Translations under genes and position numbers: made by a program
Shown here: positions 18,870 through 28,846 of the stretch, piece by piece
Layout of the letters: each line of letters begins with the position of its first letter
How positions within the stretch are numbered: position 1 is the stretch's first letter
Assembly (NCBI GenBank): GCA_963793865.1
Contig: CAWCBP010000006.1
Coordinates: forward strand, 128,001 to 192,000
Direction: 5' to 3'
Origin: an uncultured delta proteobacterium
Lineage (GTDB): Bacteria > Desulfobacterota > WTBG01
Length of the DNA: 64,000 bases
The notes under the pieces: model-generated
Seen by the model: the letters and a program-made list of their open reading frames with translations, nothing else
Databases searched by the model: none
Told to the model about the DNA's origin: nothing

Positions 18870-19850
18870 TTGAAAACATTAGTAACCGGTGGTACCGGAT
18901 TTATTGGAAGACATATAGTAAAAAGACTGGTAAATGAAGGCAGGTCAGTGAAATGCTTGGTAAGAAAAACTAGTGATACAAAGTGCCTTGAAGAACGTCA
19001 TGTTGAATTGATTTATGGCGATATAACTGATAAAGAATCTGTTGAAGAAGCAGTGAGAGATGTTAATTTAATATTCCATTTGGCAGCTGAAGTATATCCT
19101 AAAAGAAGCAAGAGCTATTTTGATACAAATGTAAATGGTACCCATTATCTAATGAATGCTTGCATAGATAAGAATATTAATAAGGTAGTCTATTTTAGTA
19201 GCACCGCTGTATTTGGACCTGCAAAAAATATAAATTTAAAGTTGGATGAGACATGTATTTGCAAGCCCATTTCTCCATATGGCAAAAGCAAATTAGAAGC
19301 TGAAAGGATATTGTTCCAGCATTACAAGGAATATGGAGTGCCAATTGCTGTATTAAGGCCACCTGTCGTTTATGGACCAGAACTATATGAATTTTCATTG
19401 GTATCTTTAATTTTGAAGGCAATTCTTAAAAAGAGATTTTTCATGGTTGGAAATGGTAATAATTGTATTTCTTTATGCTATATTGATAATTTGATTCATG
19501 CAGCGATGCTGGCTGCAACAATGAAAGAAGCAGATGGGGAAATATTTATAATAGCTGATGAAGAGAGTTTGACCTTCAAAGAGATTATTGATTCTATTTA
19601 TGGCGTCATAGGCATGAAAGAAGATTATGTGACAGTGCCAATATGGATTGCAAAGTCAGCAGCCTTTTTCTTATTCTTATTGACAGTTGTTGTTGACTAC
19701 CCCATACATATTTCCCCCAATACAATAAACGAATTTACAGGAGAATGGGGTACTAGCGTGTATAAAGCAAATAAGATTTTAAATTATAAACCTGTTGTAA
19801 ATTTTTATGAAGGAATAGAGAGAACAGTAAAAAACATAAGAAAGGTTTAG
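18870..19850 (+). CDS. NAD-dependent epimerase/dehydratase (extended SDR, 3-beta-HSD-like)
   Basis: LVTGGTGFIG, FHLAA, YGKSK, RPPVVYGP; TTG start. Confidence 0.9.
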   Translation: MKTLVTGGTGFIGRHIVKRLVNEGRSVKCLVRKTSDTKCLEERHVELIYGDITDKESVEEAVRDVNLIFHLAAEVYPKRSKSYFDTNVNGTHYLMNACIDKNINKVVYFSSTAVFGPAKNINLKLDETCICKPISPYGKSKLEAERILFQHYKEYGVPIAVLRPPVVYGPELYEFSLVSLILKAILKKRFFMVGNGNNCISLCYIDNLIHAAMLAATMKEADGEIFIIADEESLTFKEIIDSIYGVIGMKEDYVTVPIWIAKSAAFFLFLLTVVVDYPIHISPNTINEFTGEWGTSVYKANKILNYKPVVNFYEGIERTVKNIRKV

Positions 19851-21455
19851 ATGAAAATAATAAATCTCAGTAATGCCCTCTTTGTTCTGATTGTTATTAT
19901 TTTGTTTGAGCGACTGTATGAGATTTTAACAATAAAGAAAATTAAACCAAAAAAAATTTATAACGCTTATACCACATGGTTTTTAACGTTATCTTATTTA
20001 TTATTAAATGCAATAGTACTTGTTGAATTTATAAACAAAAAAGAGGTGAGCATATTTTTATTAATCATTGGATTGGTAATTTATTTGATAAGTGTGATTT
20101 ATAGAAGAGATGCTATAGAAACATTGGGTATATATTTTAGGCCGGATGTTTCATTTATTACTAATCATCATTTATGCACATCTGGAATATATGCAACAGT
20201 CAGACATCCATATTATTTAGGATCGCTTTTAGAGGTAGTTGCGATACCAATTATCTTTAGCTCCGTGTGGGGTATATTGTTTTGTTTGTGCGTTAATATG
20301 CCCCTTTTATTTATGAGAATATTTATAGAGGAAAAAGCACTTATAGATTATTTTGGTAGTAAGTATCTGGAATATTCATGTAATGTGCCGCAGCTATTTA
20401 ATTTAAGAACTCAAATTAAAAACAATACTCAAGATATATATTCTCTGTTCTCTACCATAGGCATTAAAAATCTTAACGAACTTGCCTTGAGCAAAAAACA
20501 AAATACAAATCATGTTAGAGGTTACTTTGTTGCTAGTTGTATATGTGCTCTTCTTAAAATTGACTTTTTTGAAACACTTTATAGAGAAGGCAGTATTTTT
20601 ATTGATTCATTTTGCAAACAATGTGGTTATGACTTTTTTTCTTTAAGAGCCATTTGCGAATATTTAGTTGCTATGGCTGTGTTAGAAACCGACGGTAGTA
20701 ACATATATAGGATGAACAATTCTTTTCGTCTAACTCCCAGCACAGGTGCATATCATTTTATTAATGGATATGCGCCTATTTTTTCTAATCTTGAAGATGT
20801 GTTGCGAGGAAATAAAAAATATGGTGAAGAAATAGAGAGAGATATTAAATATGTTGCAATTGCTAGCGCAGAGACAGAGCAAATCGTTCCATATCCGTAT
20901 GCAAAAAAGTTGTTAAAAAAATGGAAGATTAATTCAATTTTAGATTTGGGTTGCGGTAATGCAGGTTTTTTATTGTTTGTTGCAGATGTGTTAACAGGAA
21001 AAAGCTATGGAATGGATATTTCAGGTATTGTTGTGAATGCAGCTCATGATAATATTGAAAAAAATAATCTGGGCACACGTCTTTCGGTTTTCCAGGGCGA
21101 CATCACAAAACTAAATAGTATAAACATAAAACCTGAAGCACTTACTGCATTATATATTTTACATGAGTTTGTAGAGCCAGAAGATGAAATTGGCAAATTG
21201 AGTGGGGTTCTGTTTAATTTAAAAAAGTGTTTTCCACAATCAAAATTATTGGTCATGGAAGGCTGCAAATATAGGACTAGTGTTTTAAGAGAAAACAAAA
21301 GTTTAATTGCTGAACATCATCTCTTTCATCAATTGTCACATCAAAATCTTTTATCATTTGATATGTGGGAAAGAGTTTTTTTAATGTCCGGTTATAAAAT
21401 CCTAGAAAAAATAGAATTGAAAATTGCAGGTCAGGGTTTTTTTGTACTAGGTTAA
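19851..21455 (+). CDS. Fusion: ICMT/PEMT-type membrane methyltransferase + class I SAM methyltransferase
   Basis: N-terminal TM helices with GIYATVRHPYYLG..EEKAL; C-terminal ILDLGCGNA, GMDIS, QGDI. Confidence 0.8.
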   Translation: MKIINLSNALFVLIVIILFERLYEILTIKKIKPKKIYNAYTTWFLTLSYLLLNAIVLVEFINKKEVSIFLLIIGLVIYLISVIYRRDAIETLGIYFRPDVSFITNHHLCTSGIYATVRHPYYLGSLLEVVAIPIIFSSVWGILFCLCVNMPLLFMRIFIEEKALIDYFGSKYLEYSCNVPQLFNLRTQIKNNTQDIYSLFSTIGIKNLNELALSKKQNTNHVRGYFVASCICALLKIDFFETLYREGSIFIDSFCKQCGYDFFSLRAICEYLVAMAVLETDGSNIYRMNNSFRLTPSTGAYHFINGYAPIFSNLEDVLRGNKKYGEEIERDIKYVAIASAETEQIVPYPYAKKLLKKWKINSILDLGCGNAGFLLFVADVLTGKSYGMDISGIVVNAAHDNIEKNNLGTRLSVFQGDITKLNSINIKPEALTALYILHEFVEPEDEIGKLSGVLFNLKKCFPQSKLLVMEGCKYRTSVLRENKSLIAEHHLFHQLSHQNLLSFDMWERVFLMSGYKILEKIELKIAGQGFFVLG

Positions 21456-21461
21456 TACGCT

Positions 21462-23623
21462 ATGAATATTTTTACATTATCATCTTTTATCACAGCATTA
21501 CTAAGTTTGATTTTAGGGGTCTTTGTCTATTTGCAGAACAAACGTTCAGCAACAAATCGCTATTGGTTCTTTATGAGTCTGGCTGTTGCTTGCTGGAGTT
21601 TCGGCATTGCATTATTTTTTCTGCCGCCTGCAACTAAAGAACTTGCATACAAATGGCTTATCTTTCATGATATTGCGGCAGTATTTATACCAGTATTTTT
21701 TACTCATTTTATTTTTGCATTTACTGGGTCAACCAATGAACATCGAAAATATTTAAGCGTTTTGTATGCCCTAATAATTTCCTTCATTGTAATTACATTA
21801 TTTAAACCGAACTTATTTGCTATCGATATAGCGCCTAAGCTTAATTTCAAATTTTATCCCATCCCAGGACCATTATATTATTTCTTCGCGATTGTTTGGG
21901 GATATACTGTCGTATATTCGTTGGCCTTTATTATTGTCAAAATTAATAAGTTAACAGGATATAAGAAGAATAACCTTAAGTACGTTCTTTCTGGAGCCTG
22001 TATAGGTTTTAGTGGAGGTGCCACTACTTTTTTGCCAGTTTTTAATGTCAATATCCCTCCATTCGGAATGATTTTTGTTTCTATCTACACAGTTGTTATT
22101 TCGGCAGCAATATTAAAGCACCGGTTGATGGATATCAATATAGTCATCAAGAAGAGCGTAATTTACGCCTACGCATCTCTTGCTGCTTTTGATCCCTCTT
22201 TCAGGTTCAATTATACTTTTACAGCAAATCTTTTTTGAGACCATTCAGCTGGCCATTTTCAATTGCTATCTTCTGCGTTATGTTTATTGCAGCTTATTCT
22301 TTCCAGTTGCTGAAGATAAAGGCAGAAAGACAAGTAGAGCAGTATTTATTCAAGAACAAGTATGACTACAAGAAAACCATCAGTGATTTAAGCCGGGCGA
22401 TGGTTTCAATCCTCGACATTCACGAGCTTTGCAGGGAAATCATTACCACCACCACCGAAGCCATGCGGGTGAACAAGGCCTCCATTTTTGTTTTCGATGA
22501 GGAAGATGGCGGCTATAAGCTGTATGATTCCATAGGTATCAGTGATACGGACAGCATGCAACGTTATCCCAAGGATAATCCCCTCTTTCAGTGGCTTAGC
22601 GAACGAAATGAAATCGTCATACGTGAGGAACTGGAACGATACGGTACTGACCCCGCGGTGCTTTCTGTGACGGAAACGCTTAAGGCGATGGGATCGGAGC
22701 TGTGCCTGCCCCTGGTTACCAAGCAGAAGCTGATCGGTATCATTAACCTGGGAATGAAGGACAAGGGCGAGATGTATACCCATGAGGACCTGGAGTTGCT
22801 CGATACCATGGCCAACCAGGCCACCGTTGCCATAGAGAATGCCAGGCTGTACGAAGATCTTATCCGGGCAAAAGTTCAGATGCAGCGTGCGGACCGGCTT
22901 GCGGCCCTGGGTACCCTCACCGCCGGCCTGGCCCATGAAATACGCAATCCCCTGGTGGCCATTAAGACCTTCACCCAGCTCCTGCCCACCAGGTTTGATG
23001 ACAGTGAGTTTCGCGACCACTTCCTGCAGGTAACCGCCGGTGAGGTTGACCGCATTGCCTCGCTGGTGACCGAGCTGCTTGACTTTGCCCGGCCCTCGCA
23101 GCCCAAGTTAAACAGCGAGGACCTCAACCAGGTGGTGGAAAAGATGGCCCTGCTGGTTGATACCGAATCGCACAAAAAGAATATAAAAATACTCAAGGAC
23201 CTGTACGCCTCTCTGCCTTCGGTCACCCTGGACAAGGAGCAGATCAAGCAGGTGCTGCTCAATATTCTGCTCAATGCCGTTGACGCCACCCCGGAGAACG
23301 GCACCATCAGCGTGAGCACCAGGCCTGTCACCAGGAACGGCTACCTTGATTGTGTTCAGGTGGTAATAGCTGACACGGGGAAAGGGATTCCCGCAGAGGA
23401 TCTGGAAAAGGTGTTTACCCCGTTCTACACCACCAAGCACACCGGGAGCGGGCTTGGCCTTTCCATTTCCCACCAGATCGTTCAGGAGCACCAGGGAAAC
23501 ATCGAGGTTGAAAGCAAGCTGAACCAGGGCACCACCTTTCGCATAATCCTGCCGGTCAACCCGTCGGTTACACAAAAAGGAAGGCAGAGGAGAAGCAGCG
23601 ATGAAAAAAATGTTAGTCATTGA
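21462..23623 (+). CDS. Sensor histidine kinase: multi-TM (HisKA_7TM-like) + GAF + HisKA + HATPase; frameshifted near 22180-22240
   Basis: ORFs 21462..22238, 22180..22365 and 22235..23623 join up; AILKHRLMDI, GAF (LPL..LIGIINLG..EDLELL), LAHEIRNPL, N/G1/F/G2 boxes. Confidence 0.85.
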
Positions 23624-25526
23624 TAACTCCCAGAGCGTGAGAGAATCACTGCGGATCATTTTCCAGGATGCCTTCCAGGTCAGGACCACCGATCCCTGGC
23701 AGGACGTGCTTTCCCTTCTGCGAGGCGAACAGGTCGATCTGATCATCATCGGCATTGACGGCCGGGTGGGGCAGGAGATTGATCTGCTGCGCGATATTAC
23801 CGCCTTCAATCCCCAGCTTCCGCTCCTGGCCCTGATTGATCAGGGTCAGCGGGAAAGCCTCGAAGGGCTTTCCTCCTCCTATGTGACCGACCTGATGACA
23901 AAACCCTTCAACGTGTTTGAGCTGCGTGAAAAGGTCAAAAAGATCCAGCAGCGCGGGTCGCTTTCCCCCTATGTGCGCTCGCCCCTCAAGATGAAGCATG
24001 TTTTTCAGCAGCAGAAGGTCTATTTCCCCGCCGCGGTCAGGCACCGGCTCTCAGAAGTGACATTGCGCAGCAAGACAACGGCACTCTTCCCGGTGCTGCT
24101 TCAGGGTGAGAAGGGTACGGGCAGGGAGATTGCCGCGAAGTGGCTCCACTTCAGGAGCCCGCACCTGGACCGGATGTTTTGCCGCCTCAACGCCGCCTCC
24201 CTGATGGAGGAAACGCTGCTCAATGCCTTTCTGATCAAGGAAAAGGGATGCTATAAACCGAAAAACCTGGGCACCCTGTATCTGGAGGAGGCGGGCAGCC
24301 TGCGCCTGGAAGTGCAGGAGCGGCTGATGGAGATCCTGGATGAAGGTTCCATCGTCACACCCGACGGAAGGGAGGTCGCGGTTACCTTCAGGGTGGTGGC
24401 CTCCACCTCCCAGGATTTACGGGAGCTGGTCTATAACCGGACGTTCAAGGAGGAGTTGTACTACAAGCTGAACGTGATAAACATTCAGCTTCCGCCCCTG
24501 CGCGAACGGCAGGAGGAGATTGCGGGCATGGCCCAGCAGATGCTGGAGGGCGCGGCCCAGAAATATGCCCTGCGGGTCAAGGGATTCAGCCCCGAAGCGC
24601 TGCAGGTGCTTAAGAACTACTACTGGCCGGGAAATGTGAAAGAGCTTGAGAGCGTGGTCATGCGGACGCTCATTTTCTCTTCGCAGGAGATGATCGCCGA
24701 GGGGGACCTACGCTTCGGAACTGAAGAAAGGACAGAGACGTCAGAAGTCGAGGAGGAAGCGCCTGAAGAGAAAAAGCCGGTCATGGAGGTAATCAAGACG
24801 GAGCGCAGGGGGGCCGAAAAGCCGCCGCTCCAGTTCCCCGCCCAGGGGGAGGATGCCTTCAAGGAGCTGGTGGCCGAGCTTGCCCACGAGATAAAGAATC
24901 CCCTGGTTGCCATCAAAACCTTTACCCAGCTTCTCTCCGAGCGCTTTGATGACAAGGAGTTCCGCGAGCAGTTTTACCGGACGGCGGGAGAGAACATTGA
25001 TCGCATCAACCAGCTGGTGGAAAAAATAATGGGCTCCGCCCGCTTTGCCCGCCCGCGGTTCACCCAGGTCAACCTTCATCATCTTCTGGAACAGCTGGTG
25101 GTGAAAACGGGGGACTCTTTTAACCGCAAACGGATTGTGTGCAGGACGACCTTCAACGAGAACCTTCCCCTGGTCATGACCGACGAGGAGCAGCTCTCGT
25201 ACAGCATCGGCAACATTCTCTCCGCGCTCGGCAATCTTGTGCCGGTTGAGAGCGAGATCCTGCTTTCCACGCGAACAGCCGGCGTGAATCCCGCGGAAAA
25301 AGTCCGCTACCCGCAGGAGCATCTGCCCAACGGATTTGTGGCCGAGCTGAGCATTGCCTATCCTGATACCGCGGAGAAGAAGCAGACCAGCTCCTACCAC
25401 AGTATTGAACTCTTTCTGGCCCAGCAGATTATCGGGAAGAACCTGGGGGTCATGGACATTGTTCCCTCCGAAGGGAAATCAACCATAATGGTTAAGCTCC
25501 CGGTTGCGGCGGGGAGTAAAAGTTAA
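23601..25526 (+). CDS. Atypical protein: pseudo-receiver + degenerate sigma54 AAA+ + HisKA with decayed HATPase
   Basis: DLIIIG lacks the phospho-Asp; GEKGTGRE; no GAFTGA; LYLEEA; YYWPGNVKEL; LAHEIKNPL; no Fis HTH. Confidence 0.75.
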   Translation: MKKMLVIDNSQSVRESLRIIFQDAFQVRTTDPWQDVLSLLRGEQVDLIIIGIDGRVGQEIDLLRDITAFNPQLPLLALIDQGQRESLEGLSSSYVTDLMTKPFNVFELREKVKKIQQRGSLSPYVRSPLKMKHVFQQQKVYFPAAVRHRLSEVTLRSKTTALFPVLLQGEKGTGREIAAKWLHFRSPHLDRMFCRLNAASLMEETLLNAFLIKEKGCYKPKNLGTLYLEEAGSLRLEVQERLMEILDEGSIVTPDGREVAVTFRVVASTSQDLRELVYNRTFKEELYYKLNVINIQLPPLRERQEEIAGMAQQMLEGAAQKYALRVKGFSPEALQVLKNYYWPGNVKELESVVMRTLIFSSQEMIAEGDLRFGTEERTETSEVEEEAPEEKKPVMEVIKTERRGAEKPPLQFPAQGEDAFKELVAELAHEIKNPLVAIKTFTQLLSERFDDKEFREQFYRTAGENIDRINQLVEKIMGSARFARPRFTQVNLHHLLEQLVVKTGDSFNRKRIVCRTTFNENLPLVMTDEEQLSYSIGNILSALGNLVPVESEILLSTRTAGVNPAEKVRYPQEHLPNGFVAELSIAYPDTAEKKQTSSYHSIELFLAQQIIGKNLGVMDIVPSEGKSTIMVKLPVAAGSKS

Positions 25527-25538
25527 GGATGCCGTCAC

Positions 25539-26909
25539 ATGAAGCGTGTAATGATTGTTGATGATGAGCGGGCCATCCGGGAGTCCTTGAGGATGATCCT
25601 CAAGGATGAGTATGATCTGGTCATGGCCGGGAGCGGAAGGGAAGCGCTCAGCATGGTGGGCGACAGTTCCCTCGAAGCCATTCTGCTGGATGTGATGATG
25701 CCCGGAGAAGACGGCCTTGAAGTGCTGGAGCAGCTCAAGCGGATGACCACGGCCCCGGTGATTATGGTTACCGCGCTTGACAACGCCAAATCAGCGGTCA
25801 GGGCCATGAAAACGGGGGCCTTCGATTACATCACCAAGCCCTTCGGGGTGGATGATATCAGGTTGGTGGTGGAACGGGCCTTGTCCGCCCATCAGTTCAT
25901 GCAGGAGGTACGCTGCCTCAGCCCGGAGGCTGACACGGCATCCGCCTTCGAGGGCATCATCGGGCAGAGCGCGTCCATGAAGGAGATTTTTCGCTTTATC
26001 AAGCAGACCGGGGACACGAAGGCCACGGTGCTCATTTCCGGAGAAAGCGGCACCGGCAAGGAGCTGGTAGCCAGGGCCATCCACCAGAACAGCCCCAGGA
26101 GGGATAAACCCTTCATCCCCATCAACTGCGCCGCCATACCCGAGACCCTGCTGGAGAGCGAGCTCTTCGGCTATGAAAAAGGCGCCTTTACCAATGCCTC
26201 GGAGAGAAAGATCGGCCGCTTCGAGCTTGCCGATGGCGGGACGCTCTTCCTGGACGAGATTGCCGAGCTTTCTCTGAACACCCAGGTAACAATCCTGCGC
26301 TTTCTGCAGGAGCGCGAATTTACCCGCATCGGGGGATCGAGGACCATAAAGGTGGATGTGCGTCTCATCAGCGCGACCAACCGGAACCTGGAGAAGGCGC
26401 TGGTGGAGGGGAAGCTGCGCGAGGATTTCTACTACCGCATCAACATCATTCCCCTGGTCATTCCCCCTCTGCGTGAGCGCAAGGGCGACATTCCCTTCCT
26501 GGTCAGCCATTTCATCGAGAAGGTAAACGCGCGCGAAGGCAAGGGCGTGCGGGGTATTTCCAGGGAGGCGCTGGAGATGCTGGCCAATTATTCCTGGCCC
26601 GGCAACGTGCGGGAGCTTGAGAATGTGGTTGACCGGGCGATAACCCTGATTGACCGGGACACCATAGCCGTTGAGCATCTCCCCCTGCACATCAGAGAGC
26701 TGAGCAAAACCGGCATGATAAAAAGTCAGATCGTGGCCGGCAAGATGACCTTTGCCGAGGCCGAGGAGCAGTTTGAAAAAACGATCATCCTCGATGTGCT
26801 GGAGAAGACGGACTACAACCAGAGCAGGGCGGCCGCGCTGCTGGGCATCAGCAGGCGGATACTCAAATATAAAATGGACAAGTTCGGCATACCGGCCAAG
26901 GCCGGTTGA
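25539..26909 (+). CDS. Sigma54-dependent response regulator (NtrC/AtoC family)
   Basis: REC ILLDVMMP, GESGTGKE, GAFTNA, LFLDEI, WPGNVREL, Fis HTH NQSRAAALLGISRR. Confidence 0.95.
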   Translation: MKRVMIVDDERAIRESLRMILKDEYDLVMAGSGREALSMVGDSSLEAILLDVMMPGEDGLEVLEQLKRMTTAPVIMVTALDNAKSAVRAMKTGAFDYITKPFGVDDIRLVVERALSAHQFMQEVRCLSPEADTASAFEGIIGQSASMKEIFRFIKQTGDTKATVLISGESGTGKELVARAIHQNSPRRDKPFIPINCAAIPETLLESELFGYEKGAFTNASERKIGRFELADGGTLFLDEIAELSLNTQVTILRFLQEREFTRIGGSRTIKVDVRLISATNRNLEKALVEGKLREDFYYRINIIPLVIPPLRERKGDIPFLVSHFIEKVNAREGKGVRGISREALEMLANYSWPGNVRELENVVDRAITLIDRDTIAVEHLPLHIRELSKTGMIKSQIVAGKMTFAEAEEQFEKTIILDVLEKTDYNQSRAAALLGISRRILKYKMDKFGIPAKAG

Positions 26910-27123
26910 TTCCGCTGATCGAGCAATTAAAGCCTCGCACGTGTATATCACATCCATGATTTTCTGGATCGTATCCGATCCCACTTCCCAAAAAGAATCA
27001 TTTTCACCCCTCCGACGTCATCTTCCCAGATCAAGGACGAGATGCTTTTAAGTATGTGATGACCCGAAGCTCTGCCGAGGGGTATTGTTTTTCGTATCAT
27101 GCCCACGACAGTGGTAATGCTGC

Positions 27124-27188
27124 ATGGAGGGCCACGCTCCGTCGTGGCCGCATATCACAAACGGACGCGACAGAGCGCGTCCCTCCAT
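27124..27188. repeat. REP-like doublet, GGAG type
   Basis: ATGGAGGG...CCCTCCAT enclosing hairpins GGCCACG/CGTGGCC and GGACGCG/CGCGTCC. Confidence 0.65.
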
Positions 27189-27232
27189 ATGCTCTTATTG
27201 TTGTGTCCGGTATCTGTCGGGTGCTGCTAACG

Positions 27233-27332
27233 CTGTTCAAAATTGTACGGCAACACTGAATAGAGCGGTTTGCCCCGTTATTTCAATGAGATGCTTTTTC
27301 CGTGCGCGGCAGCGCTGCACAAAAATGTGCAG
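27233..27332. promoter_or_regulatory. Two candidate enhancer (UAS) sites
   Basis: Perfect inverted repeat CTGCACA-AAAA-TGTGCAG (27315-27332) and a 13/18 copy CTGTTCAAAATTGTACGG (27233-27250), upstream of a -24/-12 promoter. Confidence 0.6.
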
Positions 27333-27443
27333 TTGAACCGGAAACGGCCGCGAAAAAAATTTATTTTGCCGGTAAAGTAAATCCTCTTAAAAGCCGATTA
27401 ATTAGGTGATTCCCGGATGTGCTCATGGCAGCGTAACAATACT

Positions 27444-27459
27444 TGGCAGGATACTTGCT
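27444..27459 (+). promoter_or_regulatory. Sigma54 (-24/-12) promoter
   Basis: TGGCAGGATACTTGCT: GG-N10-GC, near consensus TGGCACG-N4-TTGCW. Confidence 0.8.
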
Positions 27460-27515
27460 CTATCAGGGGGCATGCCGACGATTTTACTCTTACAGGGATG
27501 ACGTGGAGGGATACA

Positions 27516-28807
27516 ATGACGGAACGGGCGAATGTTTTGGTGGTGGATGATGAGCTGGGTCCGCGGGAGTCCATGCGGATGATTCTCAAACCGTTGCATA
27601 ATGTTTTTACCGCGGAAGACGGCGTGTCCGCCCTGAAAACAATCAGGCAGGAACCCATTGACCTGGTCACGCTTGATCTCAGGATGCCCGGCATAGACGG
27701 GATAGAAGTTTTAAAGGAGATCAAGAAGTACAATCCCAACATCGAGGTCATCGTGGTTACCGGTTACGGGTCCCTGAAAACCGCAACCGAGGCAATGAAG
27801 TATGGCGTAAAGGGTTACGTGACCAAGCCCTACAATCTGCAGGAGATCAACACCCTGGTCGAAAAGGCCATTGAGCAGAGGCGATTCAACCTCAAGCTGA
27901 GAAACTTTTTTAAAGAGACGGTGCTGTCGGGCGCGGGAAACGGCAAGGAGAACGGGACTGCGGAGACGCTGCCGGGCAACGGCAACAATCTTGAAGACAG
28001 CAAGACCAGAAGCAACCTGCTGGAGGTGACGGAAAACAAATTCAAACAAATGAAAGAAACCCAGGAGGACACCGCTAAGGAAAACTCGGTGCTGGAAGAC
28101 AAGCTCATACACTCCGAGCGGCTGGCCATGGTGGGCCTCCTGGCCGCGGGGTATGCGCATGAGCTGAACAATAATTTAACCACCATGCTTGGCTACACCC
28201 AGCTGGTTCAGAATGCCATCCAGGCAAAACATCCCGAGCTGAAGGATGTGCTGGAGCGGGTGGAAACCGTTTCCCACCAGATCGATCGGGCCAGCGAGCT
28301 TTCCCGCAGCCTGCTGACCATTTCCCGGAAGAACGAGTCAAAGCGCGAGCCGACGGATGTTTCCAAGCTCATCGAGCGGATGATGACCTATACCGAATAC
28401 CGCATCCGTTCGGAGGGCTTCACCGTGGTCAGGGACTGCGACCCCTCGCTGCCGCTCATGTTCGTGGATCCGCGCAAGATAGAGCAGGTCTTCTTAAACC
28501 TCATGATCAACGCCTTCCATGCCATGACCAGGGGGGAGTGCTGAAGATCTCCGCCCGGCGCGTCACCAGGGACGTGGGCGATGTGGTGAGGGTGGAGTTC
28601 GCGGACAACGGCCACGGCATCGCTGAAGAGAACATCAGGGAGATATTCAACCCCTTCTTTTCCACCAGGGAAAAGGACGGCGGTTCCGGACTGGGACTGT
28701 ATGTGTCTAAAAAGATCGTAGAGCAGCACCAGGGCACCATCGATGTGACGAGCACCCCTGAGCAGGGGACCACGTTTGTCCTGGAATTTCCGGCTATTAA
28801 GAATTAG
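27516..28807 (+). CDS. Hybrid receiver-histidine kinase; frameshift in G run near 28535
   Basis: VLVVDDE..TLDLRMP; YAHELNN; N-box in the first ORF, DNGHG/F/GSGLGL boxes in 28538..28807; RBS GGAGG. Confidence 0.85.
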
Positions 28808-28846
28808 GGTCCCACTGCAGAAAACCCCGCACAGGAAAAAGCGACA

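Noticed and set aside
17082..22400. Prophage or integrative element
   Set aside because: No integrase, transposase, phage gene, tRNA or clear att repeats seen.
21462..26909. PEP-CTERM PrsK/PrsR regulatory pair
   Set aside because: Similar TM-GAF-kinase plus sigma54 layout, but no exosortase, PEP-CTERM protein or EPS genes are nearby and the H-box is HEIRNPL.
25791..26984. Long antisense ORFs (also 36790..37938, 47789..48727, 29978..30841, 150..974)
   Set aside because: They shadow well-supported genes on the other strand and show no protein motifs; expected in GC-rich DNA.
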